Assembly (NCBI GenBank): GCA_002269645.1
Contig: NIVC01004431.1
Coordinates: forward strand, 1 to 46,178
Direction: 5' to 3'
Length of the DNA: 46,178 nt
From: Macrostomum lignano
Lineage: Eukaryota
A program made the position numbers and the translations under genes. The first letter of the stretch is position 1, and every line of letters starts with the position of its first letter. The notes under the pieces are model-generated. The model made no database searches. It saw nothing but the letters and a program-made list of their open reading frames with translations, and was not told the DNA's origin. Shown here one piece after another: positions 11,710 through 22,200 of the stretch.

Positions 11710-12238
11710 GAATGAAGAATTCAAATTCGACAACTGAGACCTGGGTTCGAATATTCGAATTTTTAGATATTAGAATGTTAGAATATTGTATTAGAATATT
11801 ATAAGTTACCTGTAGCATGATACCTGGCTCCCCGCTGCAGGTGGCTTTTCAGCTTAAGTTGATAATCAACTTCGGACGTAGCATCCATGGACTGGCAATA
11901 AGCATCTGGAAACCATGGAGCTCACGTGCCCTCATATTATTCTTAGTAGTCTGTATGCTATGACTTAGTAGTCTGTACGTACGCTAAGCGTATCTTTGTC
12001 AGTCGCAACCACAAAGGATCCACGGCTGAAAAGTCCTCTGGTTGGTGTAGCAGACTCTAAATGAACGCCCAAGCAGAGTCCCATCTTTGACTTCCCGAAT
12101 AGCTCAAACAACTCCCGATCATCAGGGCTCGCCGAGTGTAAGAGTTGGAAGTGATGATGTGCCCGCTCATAACGGGTAGTGGCAGCCTCCCAAAGGGGTC
12201 CGTAAAAAGTCTCTCCCTCAGGCTTGAACGTTACCTAA

Positions 12239-12595
12239 TTTTTTTTTAGAGGCAGTGGGGTTGTGTGCACCCTGGCGCGCTTTAAGCGACATAGGCACAC
12301 AACCGGCGAGAGGCATTACTGCCCATTCCGCCGACTCCCCTGAGCAGGCATACAAGCGCGCGGATACGTACGCAGGCACACACTCACACAGGAGTGTACA
12401 GCGGCCCTAACTTTATTTTATCATTAGTTACTTCACTGTGCCTTGGGGGGGTTGGCTCTCAAGGCCGTTAATTGCACGAGCAGAGCCAAGCCGAGATTCC
12501 AATTCAGCCCCAGATTAATGTGACTGCACTTGGAATCGAGCCTGGGTCGCTGGCACACCAGAACCTGCACTAGACCGCTGGGCTACGGCCCCCCC
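12239..12595 (-). mobile_element. tRNA-derived SINE, family A, full length with TSD
   Basis: Head GGGGGCCGTAGCCCAGCGG (A box)...GGCTCGATTCC (B box), poly(A) tail, and 14-bp direct repeat TGAACGTTACCTAA at 12225-12238 and about 12596-12609. Confidence 0.88.
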
Positions 12596-13252
12596 TGAAC
12601 GTTACCTAAAAATCCTAAAGAAATTGAGGTGCATTACTGAACTCTCTACCATTGTCTGGGTAAAAGTCCTACACAACTGCAGCTTGTCCTGTGCTGACTC
12701 TATGGTGGTTGCAACTCTCATCCTGCATTTCTAGAGCAGCTCGGAGCTGCCACCCAATCACAGTCAGATCTGCTGGGGCTGCGGCTTAATTTTTTCATAG
12801 TTAATTCGCTCAATATGTCTAGTGCTGTGCTGGATACACCAGTTCATTTATCGGCGGTTCCGCTTCCCAGCCGTTTCTATATGCCGTGTAGATTGGGTAG
12901 TTTTGAGACTTACGAGCTAGATAGCAGAAATTAAATGCCAAACTTTTTATGTGCGGCTAGTTAGTTATAAAGCCCCATGCCGGGTTGAGGAAGCTGGAAA
13001 TTTCGTGAATACAATTTATAATTTCAACCCCCTGTTTAATTAATTGCATACTGTTGAGCACATGAAGTCAGATGTATCTTGACAAACAAAACTGCACGAA
13101 TGCTGGTTTTAAAAATGGGGGTAATTAGCAAGCTGCATGTGTAGTGCTGCGTAAATACTGAGCATCTGGCTGCCCAGCTCACAATCTATCTGTTGAAGTG
13201 ACTAGCTGTTGGACTTTGCAGATAGATATACCTCATTAAGAAAAATCTACTC

Positions 13253-16200
13253 ATGTCCGAGAGGAGCAACGAAGCATCTGACGGCAGCGTCCGTCGCAGC
13301 TACCTGAATGAGTTCTGCAACTACACCACCGCCCACGGACTGGGCAGATTCGGGGCCCAGGCCAGCAACTTCGGCAGAACCCTGTGGCTCTGCTTCCTGC
13401 TGGGCACCTACGGCGGGTTCACCTACCACATGTACACCCTGGGCCTGCAGTTCGCCAGCGTGCCGCTCTCCACCAGCCTGTCCACCTCGCTGCCGTTCGA
13501 GTTTCCCGACGTGTACTTCTGTCCCACAGACACTGTGACCATGAGCCGAGCCAGTCCTCAGGTGGACATCTTTTCCCTGACCCGGCAGATCACCTGCGAC
13601 TCCGACTGCAAGCGACAGATGAAGTTCGACGTTTTCAGATCGGACGCCGTTCAGTACGGCGTGCCCGCCGTGGAGCTGCTGGATGCGATCACGGCTGTGG
13701 AAGAGAATGTGACTGATGCACTGCATTATGACAACACCTGTAAGTGTGCATTGAGTAGATAACAGAAGTGCACTCTTTGCCTTTCGGAAGGCCTGGAAGG
13801 AGGTCTTCATCGGCAGCGGCAGTGCTGAAGCCCAAATCATGCACATGAAATAAGATATAATGAAAATATGAAGTAAGAAATAATGGACACGAGGATTCCT
13901 GAACCATAGACAACTAAACTCGAAGGACGCAACACTCGAAAATACGAGGTAGTTCAGGGGGGTGTTTCTCGAAACTCACGTAAGTTCTATGGTAAGTTAG
14001 ATCGTAAGAAAGAAATTTACGTGTAGCGTAAGTTTGCTCGTAAGACGCTTTCTCAAAACTCACTTAGACTTTGCGTGGCTTACGCTGTTCGTAAGTCGTA
14101 TCTGAAACGAAAAGTTGCATGTCTATGGTCTTAAATCTGCAAATATCTTTACTTAGTCTGTCGTAAGTTGCTTCCGAGAAAGACCCACCTTCGATAAAGT
14201 TTAACTTGACTTGGCTTGACTAAAGCTTCACGTACTATGCGATTAGTGCTTAAGTGCGTCTTACGACTGATACCGAGCAGTCGTAGGGTTAAGATCAACC
14301 TTACGAAAGACCATAGACATACGAACGTTTTGAGAAACAGTCTTTTGCGCAAAGTTACGAACTCGTAAAGTTGCGATCAATCTTACGCATAGCTAACTTG
14401 CGAGCCTTTCGAGCAACCCGTTAGTGTAGCTTACCCAACTTACGTCTATGGTCGATCGTAAGTTGCTTTCGAGAAAGACCCCCCAGATTTCGCTGGAGAC
14501 TGGTTTTCGCTGCAACTTCGATGTCGAAGTTTTCAGTCTTAGACTTTCAGATTGCAAATGAAGCCAGTGTTGTAGTTTCCGCTACCGTCCGTGCGGACCG
14601 CAGACGGGGTGGTCGGGGTTCGGGTACTGCATGGACTGTCTAGAGCCTGCCGAGTGTGATAGGAGAGGACCCCTAGGCGCACAAACACTGCGGGGCGTAA
14701 GTGGATGGGCCGGGAGCGTACTGACACTCCTACAATCCTGCAAGAGGGAGGTGAGAGCCGGGCAAGGGCCGTGCGCGCGCATAAACACTGCAGCACTCAG
14801 TGAGAGCGGGGGCTGGGTGGGGCTTAGCCACGCGGGCTAAGGGGGGGGGGCAAAACTCACCGAGTTGAAGGGCAAAAGAGAGAGAGGGGAAGCCAATCCA
14901 GAGACATGATTGGACTGGCCCAACGAGAGAGGAACTGAAAGGGGCAGCCAATTTAAATACAAACTACGAGACATCTTAAACGAAAACAAGAATGGCAACT
15001 TCAGACAGAGGCAGTCTAGAATGAGCCAGCGGCAGAGAGAGGAGAGGCGGAGAGCGAAAGGGTCGGGCTATAAGGGCATTGTAAAGCGCAGCTGACAACA
15101 CAAGTTTGAGTTTCATTTGAGACACGTTCGTTGCTGTTTCATCCTGCCATCTTGGACAACTTCAGAGATTTGCAGACTGCCTGAAAAATCATTTTTCAAA
15201 AAACTTCCGACTGGTAATTTTCGTCCAGGCTTGTCCCGAACAGTCGGGGCAAGCATCAGGAGTATTTAGTAGTCCCTGAGTGCGGGTTTCTGTGTCGGTA
15301 CACGGGGTTTACGTCAGAACTCGGGACGGGACCTAGTCCGAGCCCTGGCGGTCTTTATTTTATCAAATTCGACCCCTCTTCCGTTGCAGTGCCTTTGAAC
15401 GTGTGCCGAAAAACTCCGGGTGGAGAAGAGTACCGCGGCAACCTGTCCCGGGTGCCCGTGTTTAATGCTTCCATCATTGTTGCAAAAATAAAAATGTACT
15501 TTCTGTTTTTTTATTATACACGTTTCCAGTGGAAAGACCAGCCGCCCCATGTGAGCTACAGCGACTGCATCGGCTGGAATGAGGCCGCCAGGGAGCTGCA
15601 GGCGGCCGGACTGCGCCAGCTGGCTGGAAGAATCTTCGCCGCTGGCTTCGCCGACAGCCACCGCAGCTGCAGGCAGCCAACCGGCCTGCCGCTCACCGCC
15701 TTCGACGACAATGCGACGCGTGAGTGGCAAGAGATGGCATTTTAAAAGTTCTACTTGTATCACGGATATGATAATAAATAGATTGGTGCGTAGTTCATTT
15801 GAAGCATTTTAATGTTCTTTCGGACATGACGGTGCTCCTGAACAGACATAGAGCAACTCAGGCTCACAAAATGCAGGCCAACTTTTTCCTGCGCACCTTC
15901 TCAAAGAAGAATCAAGACGCCAGCCCTTCGGAACGTCGAGATATTCAACGATTCACCCAGACACTTGGATTTTTCCATAAGTGCCAGTGCGTATCTCACT
16001 GCTGGGTATCCTCAACAAAGTTCACAAGAACTTCAGTCATCCCCCAAAGCTGTCGGCGTTTCAGCAGATGACACCAGGTGACAAAGTTCGAGTATCCGAG
16101 TATTAGGCTAACTCGTTGAATATCTCGACGGTCCGAAGGGCTGGCGACTTGATTCTTGCTTAGGAAGGTGCGCAGCAAAATTTTGACGTGTCCTCGAATT

Positions 16201-19200
16201 TCGTGCGTCTTAGTTCCGTGCGGCGCAGCAATAAAAAGGGCAATTCCTTCTTTGAATGAAAACTCACATTCCTACCTCCCAGCTTAACCCCTCCAATCCC
16301 AGCCTCACCGCCCAATCTTCATTGTCTGCTTCGGTGTTCCAGCCTCAAGCCTCTTTGCATATTTTTAGTTGTGCTGTCTGACGTACTCATAAATTACGTA
16401 CAGCTTCACTAATATATTTTAGTCTCGCTAAGATATTTACCGGTACGTCTCGTCAACAATAGCTGACGCATTATTCCTTGCTACTGAACTGAAAGCGGAT
16501 TTCTGCAACCGGGTGTTCAAATGCAGGTCCGCTGCAAACTTACGTCGGTTGCTTGCCCGCAAGCGACGCAGAAGGCACAGGGCTGCGGCAGCACAAGTGC
16601 CTGAGCGGCTTCATGTTTGACCAGCTCCGGCTCGGCCTGTGCGCAGAGTGCTGCTACAACGCTGCCTACAGCTACATGAGCCTGCTGGCTGGCGACACCT
16701 GCTACTGCGGCAACGAGCTGCCTGGCAACGATAGCCTCAAGCAGAAGAACTCTGCGTGCGGAGTTCGCTGCCCAGGAGATGCTAAGGAGATCTGCGGAGG
16801 CGAGAGAGCGCTCAGCGTCTATCTGGTGCGGAGTCTGGGTGAGCGTCACGAGTGCGTTTGTGCAATCCAGTTGTCAGTGCGCAAAATGAACACGACCTTC
16901 CATCGATTAAAATTGTGTCACTCTTTTCAAGACATTTTAAGTTGGAGATTAAGCAGTCCTGCTAAGCTTTCCTGAATCATTTCATATTCTGTATGTGCGT
17001 GGCATTATGGCTCATTTGCTAAGGCTGAGCTGCAGTTTGCCCTGCCGTCTGTGATGTTAGCTGTCACACCTTAGCACCTTACAACGGCGTATCTAGTCCT
17101 ACAGAAGACACTTGCGCAATGCACCCAATGCACATGTAATAGTTAATTACAATACGAGCGTTGTTTTTTAATGCATTCGATGCTCTGGCATGCGCAGGCA
17201 TTGATTAACTTTACTATTTCGATTTCTCACCTGCAGACCCCAAGCCTCTGTTCATCCCGTTCAGCCCCGCATTAGACAGCCTCAGAGTCGGGCCCTACTG
17301 CTTCTACAGAGCCGCTGGGGGCCGCCTGGGTGCCACCTACTGCAATGTGCCTTACTGCCGTGAGCACCGCTGTTTTTACCTGGGAATTTGTTAATTTTTC
17401 AGTCATTACAGTTACAACTTCTTAGTATATAAAATTAGCAATACAATTACGAGCAATAAGTTTTCAGCAGTTTTTGTAAAACTGCTAATTAATTAAACTT
17501 TGTAATTACAAAAATTTTCAACAATTTTTGTAATCGACTCAACAGTCCTTATATTAATAGCATAGGCACACAACCGGCGAGAGGCATTACTGCCCATTCC
17601 GCCGACTCCACTGAGCAGGCAAACAAGCGCGTGGCTACGTACGCAGGCACACACTCACACAGGAGTGTAAATGGACCCTAACTTTATTTATCGTTAGGCA
17701 CGTAAACTTCCCTGAGCCTTGGGGGTTGTTCATTAAGGGCGTTAATTGCACGAGCAGAGCTAAGCCGAGAATTCAATTTAGCCTCGTCGTAGTCGTAGAC
17801 GTCGTAGTGTGACTGTACCTGGAATCGATACCGAGCCACTGATACATCAGAGCGCCCCACTAGACCACTAGGCTGTGCCCCCACCCATATTGATGATCGA
17901 TTCGACCTTTAGCCCTTGACCAAATACTTGCCAGGCCTCAAAGCTTTGATACTCTGGCCTTATACAAGAAACTACAAGTGACCAAAAGCTACTTTTTCTA
18001 GTTTACCTGTTGAGCGCCAATAGTTTTGGTCATATCAAGCAGATATTTCTTAGCGTTGAAGGAGCGACTACTCTGAGCTACTTAAGTCCTTTGTTGCAAT
18101 CCGACAGCTAGCTACAAAAGGTCAAAAATTAAAACTAATTCAACAATTGCAGCAAGACGGCATTGTTTTAACTTCATGACTTGTTTTCCGCATTCCCACA
18201 GCCATTTCCTCATCCTTCGACTGTCTATCCAGCAGCAACGATGGCTCCATCAGTGATTCGCAGTACCTACGCTACACCGGCCACAGATCCAAGACCAAGA
18301 CTCGCGACAACTGCCTCAACTGGTCTGATTTAGAAACCACATTTTTAGGCCAGTGGAATTCTTTCAAATTAAGTTTCAGATTGCTTTCCTACGATGTGAG
18401 AATGAGTAAGTTTTTATTGCAAGACGTGTTCAGAAAAAATAATTAGAGTGCTACTGACAGTGCGCACTAGAAATGTATAAGTGACTTTAGAAAAACTCTG
18501 CACCACTGGAGGTTTTCTGCAAGAAACCACCGGAAAAAACAGCCTCATCTACAAAAACACAAAAACCAACAACCACCACAATCAGTGCTGGGCGCCGCCG
18601 AAGCAGGTCACTTGGGTCAGGTCAGCGTGACGGTTGAGTGCGGCGTTGCTGACTCAATCGTCAACTTATTAGCGTTTCAAAGCTGAGATAATAACACTTT
18701 ACAAGCGGTACACAGATATGCACCCAGCGGGTCAGGAGTATTTCAATCTATTTCAGTTACTCTCCAACTCAACTAAACTCAATGGACAGAAATTTTATTA
18801 TACAGCAAAGCCACAAAAACTTTACAACTTTCGCAGTTGAAATAAAAAAAATGTACGTTGAGACTCCGGACTACAGCTTGTACACGAACAAGACGGGAAA
18901 CTTCTGCCGGGCTGCCAGGGTGGTTATTGATGCCTTCGTCTATAAGACCGGCAGATCTGATGGGTACTACTTTATGTGAGTATTGACGGGCGTTCTTGGA
19001 GTATCGCGATTGTCAGTAGAGGTTCCCAGTCCAGACTCAACTGTCGTTTTGAGCACACAGAATCCAGATATGAAGGTCTAGAACTAGAAATTCGAACAGG
19101 AAGCAGAGCTCTGTCACCAGCAATTTTCTTTACAACATTTAAGGCCATTAAATGTTCCTTAAGTAAGACCTTGCCCGAGTAAGTCTAAAGAGACAAAATT

Positions 19201-22200
19201 GCGAATCTGCTAGCTTAGATTAGTTGAATTTTCCACACTCCATACCAATAATAATAATAAATTGAATCCGCGTTAATGGGCAGATGTGCAACCAACAGCT
19301 CAGCCGCAGCTATTGCCGGCGAATCTGAAGGCTGCATGCGGCTGTTGAGTCCAAAGACTGGAGGGTCGCCACACACACCCTTAGTTACCCCAGCTGTTGG
19401 CTACCATTTTACAGCTGGGTGAACTGAAGCAATACAAAGTTAAATTTCCTGCTCAATGACACCAATTATTTCGAATCTGTAGAGAATCGATCTCCCGACC
19501 GTTCAGTCGTGAAACCGACGCTTTAACCACTAGGCTAGGACGCCCCTATTACATTCAATACATTTCTTAATGTTATACCAATATTTAATAGCTTTACGTG
19601 TCTTTTTTGTTTCATTGGATGCACGAGCCTTCATTTTTTAAAAATTGCGAAAGTCACAAGTTCCCCACACACCCAGCCGTCACCAGATTGTCAAATCCGA
19701 TACTCCTGTCTGCTTCGTCATGATCAACCAGAGAAGTGCGATCCTGGGCGCCTGCAGAGTGGACGCCTGCTGTGAGTGGTTTTATTGATTTAATTTGCTA
19801 GAAAGGCGGGATTCCATTCAAGGTTGATCGATACAAGTCTTTTCAAGCCAAGTCAAGGTCGTTACAAGCCTTTAAACCTTCATGAATTTAGTGAGTATTC
19901 AGTTAAGGCGCTGGGCACTGCCGCTAATCAAGGAGACAGCCAGAGTGAACGCAAGCAGTCATGTCCATACCGCAGACCCCTGAGCATGCACACGCTCACA
20001 CAGGGTGCACAGCAGCCCTGCTTGTCTAATCGTCAGGCGGTAGAACATTCTGTGCCCTGGGGTTGGCACACGGAATCAAATCTGGGTACTCTGGCGCGAG
20101 AGTCAGACACGGTAGCCGCCGAACTACTGAGCCCCAAAGCTCATGGCTAGGTTCAAAGCCTTATTCAATTTCGTGATTGATTCGAACTGATCCTGAGACG
20201 CTGCCGCAACCAAAATCTCTTACGCCAGCCCGAGTGACGCAGAGCATCCCCGGCCTGGTGCGGGACCAGGTGGGCAACGCCCTGCTGGCCAGCCGGTTCG
20301 GCAGCAGCATCGGCATCGGCTTCACTGGCTGCTCTTTCGGCAACCAGGCCTGTACAATGGAGGACTTCACCACCCTGCTGCACCCGGAGCTCGGACTGTG
20401 CCACCGGTTCAACCAGGAAAAGTTCGTCGGGCTCACCAAAGATCTCAAGGCCACGGAATCGTTGCTGTCTTTTAATTACTTCACCGACTCTACAGACTCC
20501 AAGGGCCGGCGGCTGCCCGGTCTGAGCCGGATGGCCAAAGTGATTTTTCCCGGACTGGTCGACGCGAATGACGACACGCTGAGCGCCATGAAGGCAAGAA
20601 CTTTGTCCCAAAACTTGCGGCAAACTTGCGTAAGCCGCTTAAATAGTACTGCCTGAATAGAGATATAAAAATATTGTAAGAGCCGAGAATTTAGAGTCAA
20701 CTCACGAAGTATATTTGGCATGCACGATAACTGGGGAGCGATTATAATAGTCCGCGATAGAAAGGTTATAAAAGGACTCACCCAACTGGGGTGGTGGCAT
20801 GCACAGAGTAAAGCGAGATGCAAGTGTTGTAACCCGGGTCGGTTTGGGTGCCCAGTCCCGAGTACAATATATATTATACGTAAGATACAGGCGTAGTGAC
20901 GCTCTGTCTGTACTTTTATGGATACGAGCAGGCGTGCGACGCTCTGCGATAATAGTTCGATCCCTCTGGTGTTGTGACACTCAGAGTTCACGCTGCGGCT
21001 CGGGGTGTGGTGACACTCTCGAGTGCTTCTAGTCTCAATACTGTAGGTTGTACACACTATATAGAGTAGACGGTACAATACTACAAAAAGCTATATGATC
21101 TCCCGGCGTTATGACGCTCTGGCAAGAACTCGGCCTAACAAGCTCCCAGAAAAGAACGAACTCAAGCAGCAGGCGGCTTACCAGTGGCCAAATCGCCGTT
21201 ACGTTTATTGATTCGCTCGTGCAGGTTCTAACTTCCAAGATTCTTCTCAAGGCTCTTCTGTTTCTTTTCTCGTATTCAATAGCTAGAATTGCTGTTTAAC
21301 GGTCTAGTCTCGCACTTGTACTCTCCGAGCACACCAATTCAAAACACAAAACAGCACGAACAGAACAAACAGAACAAACAGAGCAAACAGAGCAAACAGA
21401 GAAAACCGAGCGAAGGGCGTGAGCAAGGCCCAGAGCCGCATTAAATAATAATCAAACCCTGGGGCAGATGGCCCCACCGGCTAAGCCCAACCAAACAAGC
21501 TACCCCAACAAAATAGAGACTGACCGCGCCGGCCAGCCAATCAAAACCCCGCCTAGGGGGGAGGGGCCGCACCCGCGCCAAAGCTGGCCCGGCCGCAGCC
21601 AACCAGCCCTGAGCACGGGGCAGGGGCACGGCTGGGGAGGGGCACGCGCAAAGCCCGGCCGGCGGCCAGACCCTGCCACGCCCGCCAACCCCCCCCCCCC
21701 AACCAGACCCAAAGTGCAACGCGCCCTGCCAACTGACAGAGCAGCCCCCACCCCAACTCCACAAATCAAACGCAACCTCACAATATTAACGAACTAGACT
21801 AGAAATGGTGGGCAGGGCGCTCATGACTCAGAAAATGGAGTATAGAGCGAGAAAAAACGTTTCCGCAATAGCAAGTAACTACAACAGGGGCTTATGGTTT
21901 GTTCCAGACCAGTTACTTCCAATTGAAATGAATAATGGCAGCCCGAAACCCTCCAGGTGATTCTGGTTCCTAAGGGCCAGTTTCCCTGGCGAGAAAACGC
22001 CATCACCGCCAGCCCGGGCCAGCACCTGCAGCTGAACATTCGCTTCGACAAGCTGAACAGGTATTCGAAGCCTCCAACGCAGGAGTGCCGTCCGCCCGCG
22101 GGGCCCACAGTCTACCGGATTCCCTCGTGGCGCACCAGCTGGAACTACTCAAGTCCTGAGTTGTGAGCTTGAATTTTCTGTTTAGCATTGCACAGCCTTT

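Noticed and set aside
12520-12595. tRNA-like A/B box sequences (also about 5555, 29585 and 43040)
   Set aside because: They are SINE heads attached to repeated bodies, tails and TSDs; no complete cloverleaf is evident.
14568-14973. Possible solo LTR or unclassified repeat in intron 1 of gene B
   Set aside because: Termini are imperfect, with no TSD and no homologous copy visible.
20675-21140. Possible solo LTR (TGTAAGAGCCGAG...CTCGGCCTAACA) in intron 8 of gene B
   Set aside because: TG...CA ends and an imperfect inverted repeat are present, but there is no TSD and no second copy in the window, so it is unsupported.
21441-21797. Pro/Gly-rich ORFs in GC-rich stretches (also 4075-4511)
   Set aside because: Open frames are expected from base composition; there are no splice or domain signals. 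These are probably unclassified repeats that I cannot define.
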